Source of the DNA: Octopus sinensis
Lineage: Eukaryota
NCBI RefSeq assembly: GCF_006345805.1
Contig: NC_043020.1
Location: 26,536,001-26,600,000, forward strand
Direction: 5' to 3'
Length of the DNA stretch: 64,000 nucleotides
Position 1 is the first letter of the stretch. Each line of letters opens with the position of its first letter. Below the pieces are notes generated by a model, which did no database searches, had not been told where the DNA came from, and saw only the letters and a program-made list of their open reading frames with translations. Shown in pieces: positions 38,087-51,334 of this stretch. The translations under genes were made by a program, and so were the position numbers.

Positions 38087-38394
38087 ACTGTGATCACCAT
38101 GACCGACCAGTCTATCAGATGTTGCTACACATCACTGGTCACAATGCGCTTCGCATTGTTTTAGCCTTCAATTGACGCCACCCCGCTGGCCAAGCGGGCA
38201 GGCCAACAGAGGAAAGGGTGAGAGAAAGTTGTGGCGAAAGAGTACGGCAGGATCGCCACCACGCCCTGAAGGAGCCTCGTGGACCTTTAGGTGTTTTCGC
38301 TCGATAAACACTCACAACGCCTGGTCTGGGAATCGAAACCGCGATCCTACGACCGCGAGTCCGCTGCCCTAACCACTGGGCCATTGCGTCTACA
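38086..38394 (-). mobile_element. SINE family D
   Basis: Head GACGCAATGGCCCAGTGGTTAGGGCAGCGG...GGTTTCGATTCCC; similar to 2980-3290. Confidence 0.85.
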
Positions 38395-38398
38395 CATG

Positions 38399-38430
<32 letters not shown>

Positions 38431-38452
38431 AACCAAAAAGGGTACGGCGCCG

Positions 38453-38487
<35 letters not shown>

Positions 38488-38501
<14 letters not shown>

Positions 38502-38641
38502 GTAAAAAATACAAACTGGGACAAGAATGCAAAACATTTAGAAGACGATACAAAAAACACGGACGGGACATTCGAAGCCTTCAATCTTCAGTCTTCTAAA
38601 TGTTTTGCGTTCTTGTCCCAGTTTGTATTTTTTTACATATA

Positions 38642-38650
<9 letters not shown>
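38488..38650. repeat. Inverted repeat, ~60-bp arms, 44-nt spacer, in (TA)n
   Basis: ATGTAAAAAATACAAACTGGGACAAGAATGCAAAACATTTAGAAGAC vs GTCTTCTAAATGTTTTGCGTTCTTGTCCCAGTTTGTATTTTTTTACAT. Confidence 0.88.
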
Positions 38651-38703
<53 letters not shown>

Positions 38704-39091
38704 CATATACGATGAGCTTCTTTCAGTTTCTCACCATCATTTCTTTGTTTCAGACAGTTTACATATGGGATTATATTATACATTTCTTTTTTGTTTGTTT
38801 TTTTTCAAACCAGTAAAATGTGATATTTGAGTGAAATTCAGCTTCTTTTTCTAGCAGATTCTGTGTCCATTTAGAAGCACTCCCGTTGCTTCTATGTTAA
38901 AAGATAGAAAAATAGAGATGAGGTGGGGGAAAATAATCTGAAGCCAAGACATGCAAGAGTTGCTCCCCTTGCAAGCGCTTGGTAGCTTGGTACTTTTCTC
39001 TGTTTATAATTTCATGTGTAAAGGTGTTTGTATGGAATTATATACGTATATATATGTATATGTACGTTCATCCAATATATATATGTGTATA

Positions 39092-39134
<43 letters not shown>

Positions 39135-39376
39135 TTACTATATGTACACATACGTATAAATGTATATATAATATTCTTTTACTTGTTTCAGTCATTTTGA
39201 CTGCAGCCATGCTGGAGCACCGCCTTTAGTCGAACAAGTTGACCCCAGGACTTATTCTTTGAAAGCCTAGTACTTATTCTGTCGGTGTCTTTTACTGAAC
39301 TGCCAAGTTATGGGGACACAAACACACACAGAAAAACAAAAACATGCATATACATATGTTATATATATATATATAT

Positions 39377-39566
39377 TGCTTTACTGCCCACAAGGGGCTA
39401 AACATATAGGGGACAGACAAAGGGATTAAGTCAATTACATCGACCCCAGTGCGTAACTGGTACTTAATTTATCGACCCCGAAAGGATGAAAGGCAAAGTC
39501 GACCTCGGCGGAATTTGAACTCAGAACGTAGCGACAGAGGAAATACCACTAAGCATTTCGTCTAGC
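39377..39566 (-). mobile_element. SINE family B
   Basis: Family consensus, minus strand. Confidence 0.85.
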
Positions 39567-40219
39567 GTACTATTGATAACAACAACAACACTGCATACAT
39601 GGAGTGTATTATTTCTACGTCCCCATTTCATATGTATACCGATTCCTTGTGAAGCTATCTGAATTCTATAAAACTGTAAGAAGTACTAAAGTTACAAAAT
39701 TCTCCCATCCCTGTTGTGAATTCTTCCTGACATCATTTAGACCTACATAGCATACATGCATATATATATATATACATAAGATACATAAATATATATGTGT
39801 GTGTATATATTATATATATATATATTCTTAGTTTTTTGACTTATTAAGTTTATTACTATGTCCCTGACCCCCCACCCTCTGCCACCCCCCCTGCTCGCCT
39901 CCACAGAAAACACAGAAAATTCTTGCTGTAGTTCAACTCTGGTCATTTTGTTTTGTTACGTTCGGTTGTTGTTTTAAATTTTGACACTTATTTTTAACCT
40001 TTAACCTTTCAATGTCATTTTTTTAACAACTTTGGTTGGGTGTCTTCTTTGTTTTTTTTCCTTGTTTATTTTTTTTGCTTGGTTTTGTTTTGTTTTCTGC
40101 ATCTAGGGTGAGGAAAGGTTTGTGTGCGTACTTGCGTATTTGTGCCCATGTGTATGTTCATATATATATATATGTGTGTGTGTCTATGTGATTCTATATG
40201 CATCTGTCTGCTTCTATGT

Positions 40220-40265
<46 letters not shown>

Positions 40266-40702
40266 TATGTTCATATATATTTTTTCTGTGTTCTTTAAGC
40301 ATGTGTGCGTTTGTGTAAGTGAACATAGATATATGAATTGTTCACACACATATATATACACACCCGTATGTGTGTGTGTGTTTATCCAGAACAATAAAAT
40401 CAATTTAGTTCCACATGTATATCAAATCTTATTTTTAATTGTTTTTCGTTTTATAATTAAATAATTAATTAACCATTGATTAAGGCTGGGATGCCTTCTT
40501 ATTTACTCACGTGTATTGTATGTATGCACACACACCACACACACACACACACTCATGCCCACACACATGCATACACAATCTATCATATATGTACATATAT
40601 ATGTATACTGCGGTAGATGTATATACGTAAGAGAAACTGGTAGATACACACACAGGAACATTTATACACATACAAACAAAGCATTTGTACATATCTACAC
40701 AG

Positions 40703-40996
40703 ATATCATCATCATCATCATTTAACGTCCGCTTTCCATGCTAGAACGGGTTGGACGGTTCAACTGGGGTCTGGGAAGCCAGAAAGCTGCACCAGGCCCA
40801 GTCTGATCTGGCAGTGTTTCTACAGCTGGATGCCCACTACACTCATGGAGTTGTTGGTGTTAGGAAGGACATCTAGCTGTAGAAACCTGCCAGATCAGAC
40901 TGGGCCTGGTGCAGCCTTCTGGCTTCCCAGACCCCGGTCAAACCGTCCAACCCGTTGTAGCATGGAAAAAACGAATGTTAGGCATGATGATGATAT
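40703..40996. repeat. Head-to-head inverted pair of family-C SINE 3' halves (~130-bp arms, ~32-nt spacer)
   Basis: 40703-40834 is reverse-complementary to 40867-40996. Confidence 0.88.
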
Positions 40997-41061
40997 ATAT
41001 ATTATATATATATATATTATATATATAATATATATATACTATATATATTATATAATATATG

Positions 41062-41569
41062 ATAGAAATTTAAAATTTACTAGTCGCTATAAAAGAGATT
41101 ACGCAGCGTTTACTGGAAATTAATTGTTGTCGCCATATTTAATAGGCATTCTTATAGATATAAGAATAACGCTGCCGCTGGTCAGCTCCATGAGGCCACC
41201 GCCATCAAGATAGCTATTGATACACGATCTGTATCCATTATAACCTTCGAACAAGGAGGTCAAGCCGCTTCACACTGCCAGTTCCGACAGCTACAGACGC
41301 GTTTTGGGGTATTGCCCCTTGTCAATGTAGCGCGTCGACACGCAGGTGTCGCCACTGACTTCTCTGTTCGAAGGTTTCTATTTACGTGTGTGTAGCGTCC
41401 GACTGGCACTGTGAAGCGGCTGACCTCCCTTGTTCGAAGGCTATAATGGATACAGATCGTGTATCAATAGCTATCTTGATGGCGGTGGGCCTCATGGAGC
41501 TGACCAGCGGCAGCGATTATTCTTATATCTATAAGAATGCCATATTAATATGGCGATAACAATTAATTT
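41062..41569 (-). mobile_element. Penelope-like pLTR remnant with ~180-bp inverted arms and a central hammerhead motif
   Basis: 41117-41295 reverse-complementary to 41391-41569; flanked by (TA)-rich repeats; HHR motif at the arm/spacer boundary. Confidence 0.75.
41290..41331 (-). ncRNA. Minimal hammerhead ribozyme motif, degenerate core
   Basis: Minus strand GCUACA-UUGACAA-GGGG(CAAUA)CCCC-AAAA-CGCG-UC-UGUAGC: perfect stems I and II, palindromic stem III ACGCGU, GUC triplet; three core transitions (C3U, G8A, G12A). Confidence 0.65.
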
Positions 41570-41620
41570 ATATATATATATATATATCAAAGATAATAAA
41601 TATATATATGATGATATATA

Positions 41621-41654
<34 letters not shown>

Positions 41655-42225
41655 CAAAGATAATAAATTGTATGGTATATACCTGGTGGCTCACCGGTTA
41701 AGCCCATTCAGCTTCTTGGTGTTTGTTGGGTATTTGAGTAATGAGAGAGGCGGAAGATGGAAGATACAAGAATAATTAAAGAAAGGTCACAAATGAGTTA
41801 AGGTTCACTACAGTTGTTTCAGACCCGTTTTTTTTTATTGATGAATAAAGCAATTAATTACATTATGAAAAAAAAAAAAATCTGTTTTTCTTCATCAAAA
41901 TTAAAAACTTAAAATTCAAAATTCATGATATGAAATACGTGTTGACCATCTCAATTTAGCAACAAGTAAGTATCTATATATATAGACAACACCTATATAT
42001 CATATATATACACACATATATATATATATATCTATATATACACACACATACACATATATATACATATATATATATATATAGATATATATATTATATATAT
42101 ATATATAATACATACATATCTATATATGCACACGCACATATATATATATGCACACACATGCATATATATATACACATATATATATATACACACACATATA
42201 CATATATATAAATACACACATATAC

Positions 42226-42256
<31 letters not shown>

Positions 42257-42267
42257 CATATATGTAC

Positions 42268-42332
<65 letters not shown>

Positions 42333-42917
42333 AAACATATATATATACACACATATACATAGATACACACACACACACATACATACTATATATATATATA
42401 TATATATATACATACATACACATATTACACGGCAACTGTATGACAATATGATGTATCTCGTATATCTCAGCCACTTGCCATCTCGGTGTTTTTAACCGAA
42501 CAACGGTCGGTACTAAACAGCCACGGATAATAATAATGGCGGTGGTTGTGGTTGTAATCATGGAGTGACTCCATTGTATTAGGTTGTTCGTTAATTAATA
42601 TTGCTGTCTCTTGGCTCGTCTATTTATTTATTAGAGGTGGCTGGCCTTTATTTCATTTACTATATATCTTATTAGGTACACCCCATAGACCCACATAATC
42701 ATTAAACACACACACACACACGCACACACTTATATTAAACGCATATATCATTATTAAACATACATACCCATCTGCACACATACATACACACACACATTAA
42801 TTAAAGACGCATACTCATTAACCACAGACAAGTATACATACACGTTCATTAATCACTGACTCAGTCAACATATATACTCATTAATGTACATGCACACACA
42901 CATACATACACACACAA

Positions 42918-43081
42918 GCGCAGGAGTGGCTGTGTGGTAAGTAGCTTGTTTACCAACCACATGGTTCTGGGTTCAGTCCCACTGCGTGGCACCTTGGGCA
43001 AGTGTCTTCTACTATAGCCTCGGGCCGACCAAAGCCTTGTGAGTGGTCTTGGTAGACGGAAACTGAAAGAAGCCCGTCGTA

Positions 43082-43132
<51 letters not shown>

Positions 43133-43335
43133 TTGTGTGTCTGTGTTTGTCCCCCTAGCATTACTTGACAACCGATGCTGGTGTGTTTACGTCCCCGTTA
43201 CTTAGTGGTTCGGCAAAAGAGACCGATAGAATAAGTACTGGGCTTACAAAAGAATAAGTCCCGGGGTCGAGTTGCCCGACTAAAGGCGGTGCTCCAGCAT
43301 GGCCGCAGTCAAATGACTGTAACAAGTAAAAGAGA
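42918..43335 (+). mobile_element. SINE family A, full length, low divergence
   Basis: GCGCAGGAGTGGCTGTGTGG...GGTTCAGTCCC...AACAAGTAAAAGAG. Confidence 0.92.
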
Positions 43336-44858
43336 AAGAGACACACATTATTAAACATATACAAACATGTATACACACACACACACACACTCGCATTTAT
43401 TAAATACATACTTAATGGACACATATTCACAAATACATACACACATATATATTTATATATATATCCATACATACATATATACATACACATACATACATAG
43501 GGGTAAGTGGCAAAGTTTTTAGAGTGACGAAGAGATTGTGTTGCAGTGTATTACCTGGATCTCTGTATTGTGAGTTCAAATCTCGCCAACATCAACTTTG
43601 CTTTTCATTCCCTCAGAGGTTGATAAATAAAGTACCAGCCCAGGGCTGATGCTGCCCTCTTTGTATCTCTCTCTCCCCTCCTCCTCTCCCCTTCTCCTCT
43701 CCCTCTCCCCTCCCTCTCTCTTCCTTCCCTATCCCCCCTTCCCTGCCACCCTCCCGCTTTCTCCCGTTCATTCTCCTCTCTCTCATTCCCTATTTCTTCC
43801 TCTCCCTCCCTGACTGTCTCTCACCCCACATTTTCCACTCTCCACCCCCTCATCCGCTCTCACTCTTCCCCCTTCCTTCCCTCTCACTCATTCACTCCTC
43901 ATCTCTCTTTTCTCTACCATGTGGGTGTTGTCCTGGTGGGTCAAGGTTGGAAAGGCAGACCAAAAACAAATCACAAAAGCATGAGGCCTGCCTTCATGTT
44001 ATCCTCAGCCGCGACTTATGGCCACAGTCACATGTGTGTGCATATGTGCATGTATGTATGTGTGTCTGTGTTTTTGTGGTGGTTTGGCCACCTCTCTCCC
44101 ACACACCCATACACATATAAATAATAGTCATCTTTCAGTCTTCATCTCCCAAATCCATTCACCAGGCTTTTGTCAGCTTGGGGCTAGAGTTAGAGAAAAT
44201 TGGCCAAGCTACCATGCTGTGGGATTGAACCCGAAACCATGTGACTGGGAAGCAAACTTCTAAACTGCACAGCTACACCTGTAATTGTGGTACCAGTGCC
44301 ATGAAAAAAACAGTACCCACTACATTATGTAATGTGGTTGGCATTAGGAAGAGCATCCTGTGGTGGAAAACATTATAAAGCTGATACTAGAATTTTGTGC
44401 ATTGCTCTGGCTTGTTGGTTCCTCTTGAACTGTCCAACTCATGCCAAGATGGACAATAGCTGCTAAACAGATAAAGGTGATGATATATGCTAATTTATGG
44501 ATTAACGCATTGTTACTAATAGTTTCCCAACAGTGTCTCCATGGACTCCATGGTCTTGTATTGTGGGAAAATTAATTGGTTTTTTAAAATTCCCATGAAA
44601 CTGGTGGTAATGCAGTGTTAATTCTTACATCGATTACGCTAGTGTGTGTATGTGTGTGTTTATTATAATCATCCTCAGTATTTAATGTCCATTTCCCATG
44701 TTGTCATGGGTTGGACGGTTTGACAGGAGTTCCATTGTCTGTTTGCCAAGGTTTCTACAGCTGGATGCTCTTTGTAATGTCAACCATTTTACAAAGTGTA
44801 CTGGGTGCTTCTTATGTGGCACCAGCACACTTTACACAGCACCAGCCATGTGTGTGTG

Positions 44859-44902
<44 letters not shown>

Positions 44903-44926
44903 CACATGCACACACATATATATATA

Positions 44927-45069
44927 CAGGGTGTTCAAAAAGTCTCTCCGCACTGAAGTTTTTTAAAGTCTTGTAAAGTCTAATATATTCTTTTGTAGTC
45001 TTATACCATCTTATAAATATTTATTTTGCAATAAATTACTTACTGCGGAGAGACTTTTTGAACACCCTG
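44927..45069. mobile_element. Tc1-like MITE (143 bp)
   Basis: Perfect 26-bp TIRs CAGGGTGTTCAAAAAGTCTCTCCGCA; preceded by TA. Confidence 0.88.
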
Positions 45070-45080
45070 TGTATATATAT

Positions 45081-45792
45081 GGGGCAAGTGTCTTCTACTA
45101 TGGAAGCACTCCGTCGGTTACGACGACGAGGGTTCCGGTTGATCCGAATCAACGGAACAGCCTGCTCGTGAAATTAACATGTAAGTGGCTGAGCACTCCA
45201 CAGACACATGTACCCTTAACGTAGTTCTCGGGGATATTCAGCGTGACACAGAGAGTGACAAGGCTGGCCCCTTGAAATACAGGTACAAACGAAACAGGAA
45301 GTAAGAGTGAGAGAATGTTGTGATGAAAGAGTACAGCAGGGATCACCACCATCTGCTGCCGGAGCCTCGTGGAGCTTTAGGTGTTTTCGCTCAATAAACA
45401 CTCACAACGCCCGGTCTGGGAATCGAAACTGCGATCCTATGACTGCGAGTCCGCTGCCCTAACCACTGGGCCATTGCGCCTCCACTGTCTTCTACTATAG
45501 CCTCGGGCTGACCAAAGCCTTGTGAGTGGATTTGGTAGATTGAAACTGAAGGAAGCCTGTCGTATATATATGTATATGCATATATATATATATGTGTGTC
45601 TGTGTTTGTCCCCCCAACATCGCTTGACAACTGATGGTGGTGTGTTTATGTCCCTGTAACTTAGCTGTTCAGCGAAAGAAACAGATAGAATAAGTACCAG
45701 GCTTACAAAGAATAAGTCCTGGGGTTAATTTTACTTGACTAAAGGCGGTGCTCCAGCATGGCCACAGTCAAATGACTGAAACAAGTAAAAGG
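45081..45792 (+). mobile_element. SINE family A interrupted by insertion 45102-45485
   Basis: TGTCTTCTACTAT duplicated on both sides of the insert (target-site duplication). Confidence 0.85.
45102..45485 (-). mobile_element. SINE with family-D tRNA head and an alternative 3' module; TSD-flanked
   Basis: Head matches 38086-38394, tail matches 697-878; flanked by TGTCTTCTACTAT direct repeat. Confidence 0.85.
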
Positions 45793-45799
45793 ATATACT

Positions 45800-45838
<39 letters not shown>

Positions 45839-47069
45839 CCACTTGTGAATGGTACCTTTTGCAATTGCCAGTAGATTCCGTGTGGGAGGAAGAAAGATGC
45901 TACAAAAGATATTGTTAAGGAATTCTGGATCAATATCCGACCATAATTTCTTATTATTTCCTCTTAATGCTTAATAAAATTGGTTGAGTTGTAGAGTGCT
46001 ATGTGGGAGGTAGATAAATATAGATAGGGAGAGATGGATTGCTAGGGAGAGAGAGATAAGATAATCAGAAATGGAATGATTGATAGGCAAATAGAAAGAG
46101 AGAGAGAGAGAGAGAGGCAGTGATAGATAGATTGATAGATCTAGATAGATAAAGGGAGAAAGAAATAGTCAGTGATAGATAGATTGATAGATAGATAGGT
46201 AGATAGATGTAGATAGATATATAGATAGATAGCTACTGAGAAAGAGAGAGAAAGAGCGAGATTGATTGGCTGTGTGTGTATGTATGTGTATTTTGATGCC
46301 AAAGTGTTTCTCTGTGTGTCTGAGTGAGATGGGGTGACTGTGTGTGTGGTGTGTGCATGTCTATGACCTGCAAGTGTGTTTGTGCACTATAGAGCTTGTG
46401 GCTTTTAATAATTATGAATGTGTGTGTGTGTGGTTCTGTATTGTAATGAACAATTTTCTGATGGACAGATGCCAATGTATGTACGTGTATAGGTTTGTAT
46501 GGAGGTGTTTACACACACGTGTGTGTATGTGTGTGTGCACATCTCAGCAGGCTTGTACGGAAGTGTATGTATATATGTATCTGTATGAGTACATGCATGT
46601 ATGTGTGTGTTGTGTGTAGGAAAATTTGGGTATGTATATGCTTGCAACATATATGTAGATTTGTGTGTGCGTGTGTGTGTGTTGTCAGAGGGCTGCTTTA
46701 GTAATAAACCTATGTGTGTGTGTCTGTGCGTGCGCATGTGTGTCTGTGCGTGCGCATGTGTGTGTGTGCTTGTTTACAGTCTATTCCTATGTGAGTGTGT
46801 GTGTGCGTGCGTAGCAAGAATAATTTTCTAATAAGCTTCCGTATGTGTGCGTGTGTGTGTGTGGTGTGTATGTTATTTATTGTAATGATCCTCCACCATT
46901 TCCCCCACCTCTCTCCCTCTCCGAGTGTGTGTGTGTGTATGGGCATGTATTGGATGTAGGCGTTTTTTTTTTGATGGACCGCAGCCCACTCTAAGCCAAG
47001 ACTAGGTCAAGAGAAATTTACAAGTGTTGTCAGTCACATGACCAATTTTCTGATGCCCAGGATGTGTGG

Positions 47070-47134
<65 letters not shown>

Positions 47135-47232
47135 GTATATATTATATATATATATATGTATGTAGATGTATATATTAAACAAAATAATGAATTGGTCAGT
47201 CACTGGACAAAGAAGGAAAAAACAAAAAGAAA

Positions 47233-47573
47233 TGCGTGGCTGTGCGGTAAGAAGCTTGCCTCCCAACCACATGGTCCGGGTTCAGTTCCACTGTGTCGTA
47301 CCTGGGACAGGCGCTTTCTTCTATAGCTTTGGGCCAAACTAAGCCTTGTGGGTGGACTTGGTACAGGTCAACTGAAAGAGGTCATTTGTGTGTGTGTTAG
47401 TGTGGTTATGTCCCCGTAACTTAGTGGTTTGGCCAAAGAGACAGATAGAAAGAGTGCCGAGTTTTCTTTTAAAAAAACTACTTTGGGGTCAGTTCATTTG
47501 ACTGAAATATTCTCCAAGGTGGTGCTGCAGCATGGCCACAGTCTAATGACTGAAACAGGTAAAAAATAAAAGA
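47233..47573 (+). mobile_element. SINE family A, diverged
   Basis: GTGGCTGTGCGGTAAGAAGC...GGTTCAGTTCC...GACTGAAACAGGTAAA. Confidence 0.8.
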
Positions 47574-48434
47574 CAGGAAAATACAAAAATAATGAACAAA
47601 CATTCTTTTTAGTGTGAGTGTGTACTTGATTGTGTGAATGCTTTTTCTCCACGGCATTTATTTATTTCACCATCATCATCATGGATCAGACAAAGTCTAT
47701 TGAGGCAGTTTATTTTTCTACAGCGGGATGCCTTTCCTGTCATAAACCCCACCACTTGCTTCCAAGCAAGGTAATATTTCCTCATAACTAAACATGTTTT
47801 TGCAGAATGTTTGAAACGAATGGCATTAATTTTGACAACAGTCATGTGATATCAAGACAAGGAAACACTGAAGCTGCTTAGAAATGATATTTACATCTGT
47901 GAGAACAGAATAGAAAAGAGAGAAAGAAGAAAAAAAAAAACAGCAATAAAATTTGGCTAAAAACAAGGCAAATCTTGTGCAAGGGAAATAACTCAGAATT
48001 ACCTGAATCTTCCAAAGCAGAGTTTGTAAGATTCATAATCTACTTGTTTCTGAACTTTTCTGTTTGATAGTATATAGTTGAAAAGCAGGAATTTTGAAAC
48101 ATGCCTGCATCTATCCTGTATTTCAGATTTTTTTTTTGGCTTAAGACGATCTTGTCTTGAGATAAAAGGAGTAACATTGAATTACACTTTAGTGAAAGGA
48201 TTTATGAAATTTTAGCTTCTGTGGTTGTATGTGTACACACAGACACATGCATTTATGTATACATACAAACATAGGAGTTGAAAGCTTTTATATATATTGA
48301 CATGTGTGCATAAGAAAAATCAAAATGGAACTTAGATAAGATGAATAGAAAAGGACAAATATAGCAATCTTCTCATCTGCCATGACACCAGAATCAAATG
48401 TATTTGCAACAAGTAGCAACTACTGAAGACTTTG

Positions 48435-48506
<72 letters not shown>

Positions 48507-49409
48507 TAAATATATATGGAGGATTGTATGTATATGTATGCACACATGTAGGCATGTATACTTGTTACACAAGCACACATACACATATTCATCTATGTAT
48601 ATGTATGTATACATACATACATGTATACTCATAAATACATACACACAGATATATAGGCATATGTGTCTGTCTAGATATATATGTATGCGTATGTGAATAT
48701 ATATGTATATATTTATATATATACATACATATACACACACATAGATACAAACATATATAGGCATAAATGTATGTTTATCTGTCTATGCTTGGTTGAATAC
48801 ATCTGTATGTATGTTTGTATGTATGTATATAAGAATGTATATATGTATGTATGTATATGTACATAGTTACAATCATTGTGTATATATTAAAAAAAAAAAA
48901 CAAGAACCCAACTAAAATCAGAGCAAAACAAAATTAATTAGAAACCGTTATAATGCAGCATTTTGAAAATGGATAGAAATTAATTTTCTCACTCTTTTTC
49001 TCTCTTTTTTTCTTTTCTTTCTTTTTTTTTTTATTCTTCCAGACAACTCAGTCCATTGTCTTCCTTTAATATTTCAAGCTTGTTGCAAGAGTTCCATTCA
49101 TAAGAAAACTAGGTTATTTCACAGCTTGAGATAGAATTCATCTTTTTTTGGGGCTGCATGGAATGCGGGCAGTCTTTTAAGAGTGGAATGGATTTAGTTC
49201 CTCTCTTACATGCAAACATGCATGCATGCGTGCGCATGCAAACACACATGCATATATACTTGCATATACGCTCATATGTATGTGCGCACACTAGTACACA
49301 CCCTGCCTCACATGTATATATACACACATATGCATACAAAGTATATATTGTTGTATCATACAAGGATTCATGTGTGTATGTATATCTATCTATCTATCTA
49401 TCTATCTAT

Positions 49410-49445
<36 letters not shown>

Positions 49446-50369
49446 TAATATATATATATGTATGTATGTATTCTTATGCATATATATATATACACACTCA
49501 AACACACACCAACATATATCACATATATCCAATTATATATATGTATAATATATATACATGTATATATATATGTATATGTATATATATATATAAATGCAAA
49601 GGTCAGTCAGTGCATTGCCGACTCACTGTAGCAGTTATGCATATGAATGTATGTGTGTGTGTCTATATTTGTGTATGTATGTATGTGTGTATCTACCCCC
49701 CCCCATCTCTCTCTCTATCAATCTATCTATCTTGCTATATATATATATGTATGCACACAAGTACATATAAATATATAATATATATATAATTGTGTGTGTA
49801 TATATAAATACATACATTACATACATAACATACACAATATATATATATATATATATATTAAATGGCTGTGAGCTTTTGTTTTCACCTACTTCACTTTTAC
49901 CTATATTCACCATTCACCACCTGTCCACATAGTAATACAAAAACACCTAGACACATGTGTACAAACACAGACAAACACATACTCGAACCATAGCTCACAG
50001 ACACGCACACATACCTGCAATTGTATACCAATGCACACAGCTGTGCATAGACAATGGTTACACCACGACTCACTACAGGGCCTCTCACCTCTATGGTGCA
50101 ATTGATAATAATGATGATAATAATAATAATAATAGTAATAGTAATAATAATGGTGGTGGTTGTATTATGTCCAGCTGTTATCACCTTGTTACAATTGTGA
50201 CATGGTTGAGTGTGTTTGCTACATGCTCAAGTGAATGTGCTCATATATATATATATATATATAGTGTGTGTGTGTGTGTGTATGTATGGCATGTACACAT
50301 CACACACACACACACACAGAGGCATGTACTTATAGATATTTACATATATATATATACATGCACACATGC

Positions 50370-50403
<34 letters not shown>

Positions 50404-50409
50404 ATATAT

Positions 50410-50860
50410 TCTTTTATTCTTTTACTTGCTTCAGTGATTTTGACTGCGGCCATGCTGCAGCACCGCCTTTAGTCAAACAAATCGACCCCAAGACTTATTC
50501 CTTGTAATCCTAGTACTTATTCTATTGCTCTCTTTGCCTCAACCACTACGGGGATGTAAACACACTAACATTGGGTTTCAAGTGATGGGGGACAAACACA
50601 CACACAAACACATACATATATATACATATATGTATGTATATATAACCCATGCTAGCATGGAAAGCGGACGTTAAATGATGATGATGATGTATGCACATAC
50701 AGTGGGCTTCTTTCAGTTTCCGTCTACCAAATCCACTCACAAGGATTTGGTCAGCCAAGGCTAGAGTAGAAGACACTTCCCTGAAGTGCCATACAGTGGG
50801 ATTGAACGTGGAACCATGTTGTTGGTAAGCAAGCTACTTACCACACAGCTACTCCTGTGC
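50410..50860 (-). mobile_element. SINE family A with a small nested family-C tail
   Basis: Family consensus; C tail at ~50645-50690. Confidence 0.8.
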
Positions 50861-50878
50861 ATGTGTGTAAATAAAGAA

Positions 50879-50918
<40 letters not shown>

Positions 50919-51275
50919 CACATACACACATGCGTGCTTGCATACATGCACACAGACAATACTTTGAGGTAAATTTTGCATATTTCCTGTCAATTTCCAT
51001 CTGAATTTGATTCTGCTTAATAGCAAGGACAATTGCCAAATTAGTGATCATCAACTTAATTAGTTCTCATGCACTCTTAATTAATATATGCTTCGTTTAG
51101 ACGAATTAAAATGCACCATGTCATGTCTACTAGTGTCTATTCCCCACACAGGCACACATATGTATGTACAAATATGTTTCCATATAACTGTACATACATT
51201 TGTATATTTGTTTATGTTATAGAATGTACATGTTATACATACATCTATATATATATCTATATCTCTCTCTCTCTA

Positions 51276-51334
<59 letters not shown>

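Noticed and set aside
42918-42995. tRNA genes at SINE heads
   Set aside because: A and B boxes present but no cloverleaf; all continue into SINE bodies
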